Of a stretch of DNA of 64,000 nucleotides, positions 24,023 through 39,200 are shown in pieces (within the stretch, counting starts at the first letter, position 1; each line of letters begins with the position of its first letter). The DNA is taken from contig NW_026860247.1 in NCBI RefSeq assembly GCF_026571515.1, positions 372,001 to 436,000 of the forward strand, in the 5' to 3' direction. The notes beneath the pieces were generated by a model. That model was not told the DNA's origin and searched no databases. It saw nothing but the letters and a program-made list of their open reading frames with translations. Origin of the DNA: Ruditapes philippinarum (lineage: Eukaryota). Made by a program: the position numbers and the translations under genes.

Positions 24023-26714
24023 TTAAAGCATGTGTTCTACTTATTAAATATTCTTTAACAAAAAAAAGCAATTACGTGTATATTTGTTTCTCGTGGGTAT
24101 GGAACCTGTCGCATATTTTAATGGAAAAGTTTGTATATTTCGACTTATACAATCTGAGCTCTACAAACTATTTCCTTGTTCTGAATTCTCTTTTCTATGA
24201 CCTTTTAAAACATTCAAATGTGTCCACAATTTGTTTATTGTTTTTTTTTCATTAACACATCTAACGAACTGGCCGTTACATTTTATTTGATATAAATCGT
24301 GGAATTTAAAATAAAGATGGTAGTGTTTGTTATTGATGTCATGTGAACAATCACATGTCATTTTCGTAACACTCTCAGTGTGATACGAAAACCCTTAAAG
24401 GTGCAGGAACGATCTTTTGGCTAACCATAATCTTTTGGTTGATTTACCTTTATAACGTACGATCGGCTAGACACATCCGTTAAATATCAATAGTTTTTAT
24501 CTCTTTACAAAAATAAAGCGTGAAAAAAAAAGTTAAAAACGTGACTTGTTGCGAATTGTTTTCAATTTCAGCATCACGAACTGTTTTTACAAGCTAAATA
24601 TATGAATAAATTACTATAAAACCGCATTACGAAACATACGAAACAGGAATTTAGATCAAACCAGACTATTTGTAGAACATGATATTAAAAGATTTGCTTG
24701 TTGTCTAAAAAGGTACTAGTATTTTTGTTAATATGATTCTTAAAGGGACTCCAATGATGTTTCTTGATATGTAGGGACTCAATCTGCACAAGAATTTCAA
24801 ATTAAAAATTTTCAGGCTTTGTTTTTACCTCAGCTCCTTAAATCCATTATTTTAAAGGTAGTATGCATAAAAGCTAAGCCATGTACCAGCCAACATGATT
24901 CCAATACTGCAGTTATTACTATAGACAAGTAAATTTTTAGATAAGGTAGTTTCATTTTCAATATGTCCAGACTTAGCTTACTCTGTACCGTATAGGTCAG
25001 TATTTTTGTCAGTAGCACTCAAAGTCCACTAAGTAATATCAATGCACTGAGTGCAATTCAGGATGAGTGAAAACAAATATTACTTTTCTTTGTGTTGTGT
25101 AGTCATTCATTCGTTTAAATTGACACATTGCGAGCTATATCATCATTTCGGAACGCTAAATGTAAAATTCTCATTAACTTACGCTGATATTTCAGAAAAC
25201 AGTCACTGTTATACATGTAAAAATATTTCTTGACCTCCTTTACATGTTTTTTTTAACAAATGTTTCTTTGTTATACATAATGATATTATTATGTTACCTT
25301 ATAATTCTTTGTAATTTGTTGGCTCTTATCATTGTAAGACTATTAAGGGACGAACCCCAGACCATTAATAAGTCTCGTGACGGAGGCAATAATTGTGGTT
25401 ATCCCTGGGGCCAGAAAAGAAAAGAAAACAACAACAACAATTAAAAAAAAGCAACTTGTCCTAGCTGGTATCCCAAGTTTACATTTCTCTCGTCTCGTCT
25501 AATACTTGTAAACACCTATATACACGAACAGAAAACATTGCCTTACGTAAATTGTCCAGTCATACAAACACATTGTAAAATAACATCTGAATTGTTTTTA
25601 TCATGGTTTCGTTAAAAATTAAAATACAGAAAACATGATATTAACTGTTTGATTAACAAAAGAAATTTATGATAATTATGGAAAGGTAAAGGCTATGTTT
25701 GAAAACCGATAGAAAATATTGTTAAATTGCGTATTTGTGCATCGCCTTTTTTATTAGATTAAACAAAAACACAACACTTAAATGTTGTTAGATGATAATC
25801 ATAGTAGACCGTCGTCTGACTGAAGATTTGTGCATTTATTACCAAAGGGAGATAACACGAATATTTACAAGTTTTTAACCGCATTACATTACTTTCCCTT
25901 TCATCATGACAAAGTTATATTTGTTTTAATTTGATAAATAGAAATTATATTAATGAAGGCAAGGTGATCCTTTGTTAAGTGCATGACCTTTTTATATTTA
26001 TAAACATTTGCCAACACCACTTACGCAAATCAACACATTTAATTGATTTACTGACATGAATTTAATGGGCACGACTACTTTAAAACACCCATCTGAATCA
26101 ACACAGCCACAAAGCTTTCATTGATAAATGTGTTATATAAACACTTCTCTGTTAATTCAAATATTTGTACGTCCTTTTATATATGTGAACTAATATAAGA
26201 TGAATTGATTGAGCAAATAATATCGTTTCCACCCTTATTAGCAAAATTGAATTTTCCGTTTAAATTGTGCTCTCAGTTTAATGTTTTTGTTACAGATTGT
26301 TTAAAGTAAACATGTTAAAGAATAATAGCTACCAGTAATTTATTAGGTTTAAATAGACAATATCAAATACTTGATTGTAAGCGATAAAGTATTTATTAAT
26401 AGGAGATAAAATAGAAAATAATCGGCAATAGTTTTACAGGCAAGTCTCTTTAATCGCCACAATCGCATAATGAATAAGAAACTATTTTGGTAACTCTAAT
26501 TTAAACTTTAAGTTTTTAACACACCTCTAAAAAACCGAGCATTGCTTTTATGCCCCATAATGTTCTTTTAAATAACCCTAAGTTTAACAAAGCCATTATG
26601 TGTTTACAGCACTAATATTCATTAAGGAGAGAGAGAAAACAATTTGTGATACAGAGAACCACCAAGTTGGCTACATATATACTCGTCATTAGTGTAAGGC
26701 AATTCAATACAATT

Positions 26715-29700
26715 TTACATCATTACTTTTAGTCGTTTTCACTTAAGCCCTTCCCTGTTTAAAACGTATTAGTCAAAGTCTTTAGTGTTTTTTAACGAGC
26801 AATTAATCAATTATGTATTTCTAATTCCACGAAACATCTCTTAAATAGTATTTTAGCATTATTTATATTAGTACAACAGCGTTCGCCACATGTTTTCCCG
26901 TTAAATTCGAAACAATTACTTTCGTAACTATATTTGAATGTCCATAACAAATTGAACTGAAGCAGAAAATATCTTGTAAAGAAAATTTACTTAGGAAATA
27001 ACCTTCTGTGTTAAGTTTTAGAGAATTTCTCCGCAATTATTCAAAAGAAAATGTTTGCAAAATCACTTTCCATTTAGAGATTTAGATTTTCAGTGAATAT
27101 CAGAAGGGGGTTAATTGAAAAAATATAAAAACAGAATGTTGAAAAATGTCTCTATAACACTATATGTTTTATCCTATAAATGTCGTAAGGAAAGTGTAAT
27201 ATTTCAATACCTGTTTTTAAAAACAATATTACTTAAAAGCACATTAATTTTTTCCATATTTTTCAATTCTTAGAAATGTGAAACATGTGTTAGAGCATGT
27301 CAGATGTTTAACAAATGAAGAAAGTAGAACCGAACGTGCGGATATGTGACATAAAGGTAGTATTTTGACTTCCATACAAAATACTTTTTCACTATAGTTA
27401 TACCAATTGCTAATACAGTAACAGAAGCAAATGTTAGTTCATCTTTACAGCAAATGATTAATATTTTGGAAACTGTAACACGAGACCAAAAAATAAAAGT
27501 GTTTGAAAAATAAAAATGAAAGCATATCTGAGGCATAATGAACCTTTAATAATGAGTATTTGACATAAAATCTTAAAAAATACATTTTACGGTCATAAAA
27601 CTTTGTTTTAGAATTCACACTGCTAGTTAACCACGTGCGCATGATCTGTGTCTGTAATCCGTCTGTGTTCTTTTCAGTAAGTTGTACAAAGACCTGCCAT
27701 TAATGTATCTGCTTGAAATATATAATGAACAGAGAATGGTTAAACATGTGATTGTCCCAAGAAAATCAAATTCTTAAACAAAGTTGATAATGATTGAATT
27801 GAAAGTCAGTCCCCTTCACCTCTTCGTGATGAAGGTGAATAAGAAGATAAGTTTAAAGATGAAGAATTATTTTTGATAAGAACTACTTACACATATTATT
27901 CTTGACGCTTATGAAACAAAATAGAAAAAAAAACAAAATTCTTAAAGAACGCCTAAAATGAGACAAAATTGAAAATATGGCAGGCTCGGTTTGATTGAGT
28001 CTGTTCAGGGACGGGACTGAAAATTGCAAGTTACCGTCCACGCCCCCTAGCACCGGCTCAAGAGGAACTCAACATTTAAACAGAAAAATAATGAAGTTGC
28101 ATTGACTGGGAATTTCTTGACATAGGCTATATTTATTTGCAAATTGAGTATGAGTTATTTATGTATTTCGTCATTTTTTTATCGGAAATGGTGCAGCAAT
28201 TTTCTGCGTGTGCACAGTAATTTGTCCAAAACAAATAAGAATATTTCTCCATTAGTCTAATTTATGTTTCGACATTGATGGTTCAACAGTTGTTGCAGAC
28301 AAAAGATGGTCAAATAAGAGAACAATAGATCAATAGTAATTTTGATTACCGGATAAAAGCAATATAAATTTTATGAAGTATTTGAATTGCGGATTGCCTT
28401 GCATTGAAGGTTTAAATAACTTCAAGAATAGCTATCTATATTCTAAAACGACTTCGGAAAACATTTTTCATCATAAAAGTTATTTTTAGAAAAAGATTGC
28501 ATTGTTTAAGCAATGTCTAGAAAAGAGATACTAAAATGATATTATCAAATATTGACATTTACATTTTATTTATCACAGAATTATCTTCAGAGGCATCATA
28601 TCATTTTTCATAATTTTGCTTACCTCGGCAAACAATGCTAAAGTAAACAAAACTACATACACATTTTTAGTCTTAGAAAACTTTATACTCTGTTTCCATC
28701 ATTTTTTAAATGTATTACTTGCCTTGTATTATGAATATGTAGTCTATAAGTTTTTATGTATATATTCGGACTTCGGGAACAAATATATGTATATTTAAAC
28801 GAAACAAGAATATATGAGATATTAAATGTCGTTGATTCAAGCACTACTGAAATACGCAAACAATATATTTGCATGAAAAACTCGTTTGTCTTTATTATCG
28901 ATATATTTACTTTATTTTCTTTCTTGAGAGAGAACGCTTCCTTTATGACAAACAATATCTTTTGTTACTTTTAAGGGAGAATTTCAATCTTTATTTCAAT
29001 ATTAGTATTGAATTTGTTAGCTAAATGTCTATGCTTTAAAAATTTAGTGTTGAAATCATAACAAACGAACTCATAGAATGTCTTTTGCCTAAGAAATTCT
29101 AAAGCTTGAAGAGTTCAATAAAAGTCAATAAAGTTTCATTTGCCAGTGTGATTTGTTAAAAAAAAAGATTAGCAAAACCATCTGTCTTATTCATGACATT
29201 TTAGGAAATATACCGAAACATTTCAAAAATATAATTTTCAAATAAGAAGGATTGTAATATGAATGAAGAATCTTTTAGCTAAACACTGTTTACTTGTTTT
29301 AAGGTTACAATGTAATGCCCATCTTATAGCACTGTCCATAAACAGACTAGATTAAACTGAGTCTGCACCATTTTAAATTAAGACATTTTGGACGTTCTCT
29401 AGTGATTCAATTTCTCTCTATTTCATCTATATTAGGCGGTAACATCACTTCATGTCTGATATTTGTCTGTCACTTGAGTATAGGTTATTAATGTATTATA
29501 GTATTATTGCGGAAATGGTGTAATAATTTTATGTTTTCTATATGCAGAAACAAATTAGAAAGGATTAACATATTTCTTATTATATGTTTTCGGTCATCAT
29601 ATTGTCATCTATTGCAGACAAAACTTGACAAATGGATAAGCACATCATCAATCAAAATTAATTCTAGAAATATACTGGCATTGTGGAATGCGTTGCATAA

Positions 29701-30655
29701 AATGACACATATTGCTGCTAGAAAGCTATATTTCTAAATGAGTGATTTATATTAAAAATAATATGTAAACATTTTGTGGAAAAAATGCTAACAGTCAATA
29801 AAATGTAATATAAATATTTATATCATATCTATCACAAAATTATTCAAAAAATATTAAACTTCGTAAACTTTGCCAACGTTGACAAAATATTATGTTGCTT
29901 TTGCCTTTAGTTAAATTACTTTGAATTCAGAAAATCTTTAAGTGTCTCTATGTGCTGTATTTTAGAAATACTATTCTATGACTATTTGGTAGAAATATCA
30001 TATATATATTTACTACGCTTTTTAGAAAAAAAAACCCTGAAACATTATCTATGATAGTCATACATGTACATATTTTACTCGCTCTCTATTAAACAATATT
30101 ATACTTTAATTACTTTAGATGTATATTATTCTTAAATTCGATTATAAATGTTCATAAATCGTTGTATTAGCTTTTATGATGTTAACTTTTTGTTTTCTGT
30201 GACTTTAAAATGCGGAAAATCACAGCGCCCTATTCAATTTGACTTTCGAGTACAACAATTGTTTGAAAGTACAATGCGTATGAAGTAATTATCGTATATC
30301 TTGAAAGGATAAATGAAACGTTCTCTTCTTCAAATACATATATGAACCTGTCATTTCGAAAAGCAAAACTAAATTTCTGTAATCACATCAAATTATAACA
30401 TATTATATCGCTAGACATCTAGGATAAGCATTTTTGGATAATGTCTGCAATACATTGTCTTGTTATGATCAAATGTCTGACACTTATGATGCTAGATACT
30501 TATATGGTAATAGTTAAACATAACTCTGTTATACAAGATTTATAGAGATGTCTGCAACATTCTCGCAAATAAACGTTTTTTTCTACATCTTTTTCAACAA
30601 ATGCATTATTGAATGTCTGATATTGCAAATGCAATATACGCATATAGCGGTACTT
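26715..30655 (+). repeat. Segmental duplication, copy A (direct paralog of 45765-49180)
   Basis: Colinear similarity along the length; 29203-29675 is almost identical to 47723-48195. Confidence 0.88.
29390..29740 (+). pseudogene. Fossil ankyrin-repeat coding sequence (paralogous remnants at 28140-28420, 46910-47180 and 47910-48200)
   Basis: Frameshifted translation gives GGNI...GNGVIIL...CRNKLE...YCHLLQTKLDK...WNALH...HIAARK, resembling ankyrin consensus pieces. Confidence 0.45.
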
Positions 30656-32689
30656 CACATAAGAGTAAGCTCAAAATAAAATGTCGCTTTCACTGTCGTG
30701 ATTATTTTATTGACGGATAATTGTATTACATTTGTCAATGTCAATTTGGACATTTAAATATCCGAGTACCTAATGTAAAAACAAAATGAGATACAAAAAT
30801 GAAAATTGAATCATGCTCTTGTATAGTATATAAGATACATTTTCATTTTAGTAAAATTAAAAAAAATACACTGTACAATTATCTTAGAAATAAAATAAAT
30901 TTGGATTAAAGATTATACATAAAAAGAAAGAAAGAAACAATGCATATAGTCTTTTTGGATTTATTTCTGTTAAAAACGTCATAGAATAACAAAAATATCA
31001 GAAAAAGTAAAAGTGATATAACAATTGTGTATACCTAGATGTGTATGGCACATTTAATATTAAAATTATATTAATTTAACGGAGACATGACATAGATATA
31101 AAAAGCACACACCGACACATTTATAAAAGTAAGTCTGGTAGATTTCATCAAAGGTAAATTTTTTATGAATTTATTAATAAATTTTGATCATTAGAATAAA
31201 ACAATTCTACTTACGATAGTGTTATTTGATAAGGGCTAAAATGAAGATAATACAGGGAACTTAAAATCTGAATAAAAGAAATCCCTCGAAGAAATCACAA
31301 CACAATTACATAAAAATTGCAGGATCGGTTTGATTGAGTCTGTTATGTACATTAGGGATAATGCTAAAGCGCAACGTCTCCTAGCAACGGCTTGAGCGGT
31401 ACTCAATTTTCAACACTTAAAAGTGTTGGAATCAATGATCCCGAAGGACCATGAAACAACACTGATATTCTTAGCATACACTTATGGTAATTGTTAAGTC
31501 AATGTCCTTGTAAAAAACAGGCTTGTTATAAAAGCATATTAAGATATATCTTCATTTATTAGAATTTATTGAAACATGTGAATATTGTAAACTGTAATCA
31601 ATGTTTCAGATATCAATGAAAACCTTGGAAGTAATTGAATTCTCTTTAAGGCATTTCTGAGAAAAGCATTTTCACTTTGATTTTGAACATTTTTCTTTAT
31701 TATCTTTTGCATATTTTACCTTTTCAATTGCCACAGTTGATCTTTCTAAATTTTTCAAATTTTAGACTTAATAATATAAGTGTACTCCTCAATTCCTCCA
31801 TCCAACGAACGTCTCCCCTGGAAGCAACATGACAGATTTAGTGTTTTATGTATAAATCTAGATTATAAACCTTTAGATAAAGCTTTGTTAAAGTGGTTTT
31901 GATATTTAATTAATGTCATGACAGGAGCTACATGTAGAACCCTCATATATTGTAATAGTTTAAACCTTTAGCAAGTCTAGCCGGTGCTAGAGGGCGTGGA
32001 AGATAGTTTGCACTTGAAAGTACCGTCCATGAACAGGCTCAATCAAACCGAGCCTGCAACATTTTCATTTTTGTTGTTCTGGATTTTCTTGGGTGGTTCT
32101 AATTTTCTCAATTTTATTCTAAAAAAACAACAAAAGTCATATTGTTGCAAATTGTTGTTTCAAGTTAGTAACATGAAATCATGCATGCATATAAAAAAGG
32201 ATGCATTTGTTCTTTTTATTTGGATTCTGAAGCCCCGTAAGAAGAGAATAAAAAAGATAATTCAACCCAGCAAAAACCAATGACTGTTATTGATATTAGA
32301 ATTCACTGTAAGCATTATCAATTTTGCCAGGGTATTGCTAAATGTTGTAATGTTACAATTTCTTTATCTTTTTATCATAATGGCTCTCCTGATGATATTT
32401 TTTGACGTTGGTGTTGGTAATGTAATGGAGCAATTAATTTCTCATTAAATAACTTTAGAGATGAGAAGTTTGCTTGATGCTTAATTTCAATCACTGGCCC
32501 ATATCGAAGACAAATGCATTTGCCTTTTCCTTATTGTTTTCCTTATTGGAGTGACAAGGCAGTTTGTCACAAATAAACTGGAAATAATAGTCTTAATTTT
32601 AATGGATTTTTATATATTTTTGGTTGGTTATATTGACTACGTCATGTTTGTTTTTGTTTCATGCAGTTGTTTAAAAAGTTCTAGAAAAT

Positions 32690-33430
32690 GGAAAGAAACT
32701 TTATAGTGTATGTTTTGGCTATGACAAATGCTTTAACAAAATAATAGGTATTTTATTGAAACAACTATTAATGGAAAACGTAAGTTGTAAATTTGATAAG
32801 GCTATCAAGTCGATAAATAAGACTATAACATCATGTGTTAGATAAAATGGCAAATGGCAAATGCTCGGAATACTTCGACTCGAACCAGGGCTTGAAACAG
32901 GGAGACCTTAGTTCTCCTCTGCTGTTCATGCTATTCGCGAATGACATTATAGATAATATTTATACAAGTTTAAATGGTTTATTTACCGTAAACGCGCTCA
33001 AACTAGTTTTAATCTTTTTTGTCGACGATCAGGTTCTTTTTGCGTAGTCGTCAGCATTACTATGATCAATACTTAATGAAGTTGAAAACTATTGTACAAG
33101 ATGGAATATGAAAATCAATATCAAAATTAAGGCAATGGTCTTTAAAAAGGACGTAATCATACATAGTACAAAGTGTTCATTTATATTACAAAAATTGATG
33201 TTGTTGAAAATTTTAAGTATTTAGGTTTTTAAGAACGGAAATTGGTTCAGAAGTGAAAAGAGAATATCTCAACATGCGTCGTACTACATATATTTTTTTC
33301 AGTTGTAATGATAATGAATTACCTATTTCTCACAAGTGTAAGCTGTTTGACTCGCTTGTTGCGTCCATTTTATGGATTGGCACAACCATGAAGCTACAGA
33401 TGTTGAAGCAATTCATACAAAATTTCTGCC
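32690..33430 (+). mobile_element. Decayed non-LTR retrotransposon (LINE) reverse-transcriptase fragment
   Basis: SEYFDSNQGLKQGDLSSPLLFMLFAND...FFVDDQVL (QG..LSPLLF and xADD-type motifs), then FKYLG and KLFDSLV; has stops and frameshifts. Confidence 0.85.
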
Positions 33431-34159
33431 TAAGATTTACGAAAATGAATCACGTTAACATAATTAATGTTGAAAAAGCAAGTAAGGTAAAAGATTGTTC
33501 AATTATACGGCCAATTGGTACCATATTGAACATTGTAACAGTAAATTACAAAGAGAAGGCTATGATATTATGACCTAAATATGTTGGGCGTTTTGTAAAG
33601 TACAGCTAAAATACCAACATAACTCACTTTACAACATAAATGCAACTAAATCTAAAACCGATATTCAATACAACAATTAAAATAAATATGAGAAAAATTT
33701 ATTCAAAGTATAATTTCGGCAGCATGATTTTTGACCGACTATACTCCATGTGTTAGGGCTATTTTAATCTATCTGTCTGTTTTCTTAGGTAACATCATGC
33801 CGCCACGAAACTATACCGCTCTCTTGGGTAAAAATGTACAACTAACTGAACTGTAGTTCCGCTTTCTTTCTCAATATATAGTTGGCAAATTTATATTAAA
33901 TGATAACAAATTGCAAAGTAGACTGCCTGATTATTTGATTTGTTTGACATCCTTAAGTATAAACACATTATTTCATCTGGACGTGAAAGAAGACCATGTT
34001 TTAGATAATAGGCTCAATCAAACCGGGCCTGTAACGTTTTCAATTTTGTCGGTTTAGGCGTTCTTTAAGGATTTTATTTTTTCTGAATTTTAGAAAATGA
34101 TGTTTTTATCTGTGTTTTTATATGTAATTAAGTTGATAAATATACTTTTAGCCAACTAA

Positions 34160-34650
34160 TAAAGGGGGAAGAAAATTGTATTTCTTATCATATCTTAAGT
34201 AACAGCTCTGACCTTTGAATTAGAGACCTGTTTCATGTCTCATAGCTTAAACATTTGTGTAACATACTTAAAATTCTCCATACATGAAGAGGTAATCATA
34301 CAGGCAATATCCGGACACTTCCATCTCTCTTACGATATTGAACTTGAATTTTGACCTGGATTATTCTGTTTACACTTAGTATCATGACTTTGATCATTTA
34401 TGAGATACTCCCTGAATTGAATGGTACGTGCACACATTTTTTATTTGAACTTTCGCCTTTATATGCGACCTTGACATTGAACAAAAAGATATAGTTTCGA
34501 TACTGAAAAGCGTTTTCCACGTACCTTCTAGTTTGATATTTACCTTGACCTAGAGAGTTGGTCGGTACAAGTAAAACGAAACACCCTGAATGTAAGAAAT
34601 ACTCCGGAAAAAGACTGAAAGCCGCTCGCCCGCTAAATCGCCGTATCTTT
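34160..34650 (+). repeat. Degenerate relative of the tgaccttgacct satellite-bearing element
   Basis: Remnant motifs tgacctttgaa, gcgaccttgacatt and accttgacctag. Confidence 0.45.
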
Positions 34651-37600
34651 AATTTTTATGTTTAAGTAAACTAATTAAGAATTGAAAACATGTAAAAGCG
34701 AATAATTGCAAGAAAAAAAACAAAACAAAAAAACAACAACACAAAACCACTAAAAAGTTTTTAGATCGAACATTACTAAATATCCTACGGAATAAAGGAA
34801 CAGTGAGCAAGCATCTGTCAGACATCAACTTTAGACCGACAAGATAGCTAAGTAAACAATTATCGTACACAGTTTATATATCACATATACTGTTTACATG
34901 AATAACTCAATATAAATGCCAGACATACAGACCTTCGGATCTTAGTTGCCAAAAATAAGCACATTTCACATTAATAGGATAAAATTATTTACAGTTGCAC
35001 TTTGTCTACCTCTTCCTAATGTTTACATATTAAGGTTATATAAACATTAGATATTAAGAAGCGATCACGGATATTACCATCAAAAGTAACAAACCATTAA
35101 CCTTTTGATATATTAATTTACAATTAGTTTATTTTCCTTCTCACTGATTTAAAACGAAGAACTTGTATTGTTTGTGAGAAAAGTAACAATTTTACATCAG
35201 ACATAAGTGATTGTTGTTATATGTCAATTTAAATTGAAAACACGTTTATGTTTCAAGACAATTAAAGTTAAATATACGCATATGTTGTATGTCAATTAAA
35301 GTTAAATAAACTTTGTAGCTATCCCCATCGTCACAGAGGTGTTCATATGTTGTATTTTGAGTCTTTAAATAAACCTATCCTAGCATGCAAACATGAAATT
35401 TGATGTTTCATTTCTGTATTACTATACATTTATTTCTTACTACATATTTTCTATTTTTATACATTCTAATGTGTCGTGTATCCATATATCCGTCAAGTGA
35501 CAAAAGCTTTCAATTATCACATGTTAAAAAATAAGCATGGGATCAGAAACATCGCCTATATTGACGTTGATAGATCTTAGAAGTGTATCGCAAATCAAAC
35601 ATTTATACCTATAAATTAAAAAACACTATTGAATCGTCTGTATTTTGTTGATCAATTGCCGGTTTTAAACAATGTTTGAGTAATACAAGTGAAAATGTGA
35701 TTAATGTTTTAGCAGGTTACCCAATTATAATACGGATTCAGACATCCGTATGACTGCATGACAATAGCATGTTTCACTTCTCTTGCAAGAAACAGTATAT
35801 TAAGAGCGACGGCTCTGTCTGTAAATTAATTATATTTTTCCAGATATCATATTTACAAGCTAAAGATATATCTTCTGCTAAAAAAATTAAAATCCTCGTA
35901 TTTATTCGGACAGCATACATACGCAGATGCATCATAAGGGATTGCCTTTAAGGTTTGAGGCAACAGAATTGCAGCCACCGTTTATCACTGCGTGATCGTT
36001 GAAGGGCCTAAAAATTTACAGTACGATTTTGTGCGATCGTTTTTCTTATAAAAATAAAAAACGCATTTATCATTGTCAAGATTTGCTGTAATAACAGCAT
36101 ATTGCAATTGTGGACATCGCTTTAGAAGCTCCTGAGATTTGTCTGACACTTGATGGATTGGTTGTCATACCTCGAATTAATTTGATCAGATGCCAGACGA
36201 TACTTACTCAGCTATAGTTATACAATCGCTTTTATGATATTTCCGAACTTTTGTTTTGATACCCGTGGTTCAACAAATTCACATGGATCACGTTATATAT
36301 CATAGCAAAATTTATTAAGCTTTTTAAAGAACAAGTGGTACGTTAGAAAAGTTTCAGTCAATCGTTAGTAAAGTGTTTCATGTCAAAGAAGTACATATGG
36401 TCTTATGACAGTTGTTTTTACGTTCACCCTTACAATCAACACCAAATCAATGGAATTGAAACATCAGTGTGCAAAATTTCATAAACATAAGTACATATAT
36501 CTAAGTCATACAAAAAGGTCATACATAGTTCCTGTTTTGGATTGTAACAATAGAATAAAAACAAACGAACAATGTACAGACGAACTTGTGTAACGTCAAA
36601 GTTGTCTGTGTTGGCAATCTTATATAAGATGTCAAATATTTTCACATGCGAGGGACTGTGTATCTTCTTATGGAAGCTATTACAGACACATTGACGGCTA
36701 AACTGATTCAGTAACAACTCTATATTGAACTCCAATGTTGCAATATAATGCAAAACACATATTTTTAGAAGAATTGTTTTCAATCTATCGTAGTTACATT
36801 GTTATCTGATGAAACGGCAGGACCTTTGTAAAGGTAGTCATGCAAGACGCATGTTTATATTAATTATCTATAACAATAATTCAGTTCTTTGGTTAAATCT
36901 AAATATCTCAAGTAACCAACTTGTATTTTGTTGATGCTTTGTCATTTTGTGACTTTTGTTGAGTAATATACTGAAAATCAGATTTATGTTTAGTGCAAAC
37001 AGGTAATGCAAATTATGCAAAACAACCAGACATCGTTTGGCCGAAAGGCAATAAGTTGTTACTCCTCTCTCAAAAGAAACATAATGTTAAGGTCGTTGAC
37101 TAGCTATGTTACTAAATTATATCATCACATATTGTCAACATATAGACATAGAGAATTTTTCCTCGCATTGTTTAATATTGATAAAATAAATAGACCTCAT
37201 TTGACCGCATAATTTTAAAGAATCACGATCTAAAAACAATTTGCTAACAATGTAACTAAAATATATATTGTTTAGATATCAAGATGTATCTTTGGTCGTC
37301 GACGAGTAAAAACCCATTCAAAATCAATTTTTCAGTCCAACAATATACATAATATCAAACATAATTTAAAAAAGCCTACTCTTTAAAAGGGTACCATATA
37401 TCATTTATACTGTGATGAATGGCTTTTTATTTTTTATCGACGGTAATTTAAGCGTGACTGAATTTGCTATTCCCCTTACGTATTTACAATTAAGTCTTGT
37501 TTCCCAATGCAGTCCATCAATAGAATTACTAAAATACATTCAAGAAAATACTAACTTAAATGTTCGCAAACATATTCTTATTTAAAATACGATATATCTT

Positions 37601-39019
37601 AAAGGTGTTTGTTTGCTTGTTGCAATAATATTCCCATATTGAATACAAATTACATTTGTTTTATAATACAAACTTATTACATTTCTTTTAAAGTGCTTAA
37701 AGTTGCTGAATATCACCTTTGTCACGCTGACGCTGACTGTATTCTTGTCTAAAGCAATATCACACGGTAACAAGGGATGTTCCTAGCTCAAAGATATACA
37801 TGTATATAAGATAGAGCAGTTGGCAACAACTTTTTCCACAGTTTGTTGGTGTTGCAATAAATATGTTTCATTTTAGAATCTAGAATTGCTTGTCAGTATT
37901 AGGCAGACACGAAAATTACATCATAAGTCATAAATAATGTAGCAGATTACAACCAACATTAGTGTTCCCTCTTGAATAATAAGCCCAACAATCTCCATAA
38001 AGTTTTGTTTGGTAATGTTTGGTAATGTCAAGAAACACAATTAAACGCTTTTTTAAAGAATTTCATTCAGCTGCGTAAAAACTGCAAGAATTATTGTTTA
38101 TGATAGATTCTTATGCGTATACTCAAAGACCTATTTCTCTTTATCAGTTAACGCTTTCAGTTAAAAACTTGTAATATAGATGTTATGGGTATCAGGAATT
38201 ATTCATAACGAGACATACTTTTCTTATCTTGTTAAAGACGTACGTCAATTGTACTCCATAGCGAGATTTGCCGGTGCATACTTTTAATAATAATAAGTAT
38301 AGATACATTCAGTTAATTTTTGATATAATTCGAATGTGCTCGCTACAGCGTTCTAATATTACAAGTTGTATTAACTAAGCGACCTATAACCGATTAGTAG
38401 TTCGATTAATATAACGTTTAGATCTGTCCACTCCATACCAAACAGATCATAAAACGGTGTATGGATTCTCTAATTTCAATTAATTAATACATACCGATAT
38501 AATGTAGTTGATAAATATATTTAAAGAAAGGCAGCAGCCGACGTTACATGAAAGCGTCCTACGGGTAGTATCAGCGAATGATAAGTCAAGTCGAGTGTTG
38601 CTGATTATTCCAGCTTAGTATTAATACGGTCGTCGGTCGCCATGCAGAACCGTAAACCTAAAAAAATTTGAATTCATTATCGAGCAAAATCTTAGTTACA
38701 TGTAATCTGATTGCTGCACTCGAATCATGTAAATGGAATAATTATATTGGCAGAATGGATTCTTAAAGTTACAAACATTATCTATTGGTGAAAGTCATTA
38801 ATACTAAAGTTATTTTTAATTTCCTGTCTCGGATCTAGTGAACAAATTTCATTAATAGCTATATGTTTTTGTTTTGAAATACATGATCAATCTTATATGC
38901 ACTTTATCTTTGTCTCTGTACAAGTTTTATAATATTCAAATATGTTACAACTGGTGAGAACGATCCATTGTTGTATGAGAAATAGATTATGTTGAATGTA
39001 GGCTGATTGAAATGGCATG

Positions 39020-39200
39020 GATCACAGATGCCAGATCATTAAGAATGACTATTAGAGACATCGATAGAAAATTCAAATTAAGAAACAATTACATGTATTC
39101 CCATAATAGTTAAACACGAACTGCTGCGCATGCGCAAGGTTTCGGCAAGATGGATTCCGAGATTATTATCATTAGAGCAAATGGCTAAAATTTCAACTGT
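39020..39200 (+). mobile_element. Mariner-type transposase fragment
   Basis: RMTIRDI...(frameshift)IVKHELLRMRKVSARWIPRLLSLEQ matches the mariner HTH2 plus WVPHEL-type linker. Confidence 0.8.
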
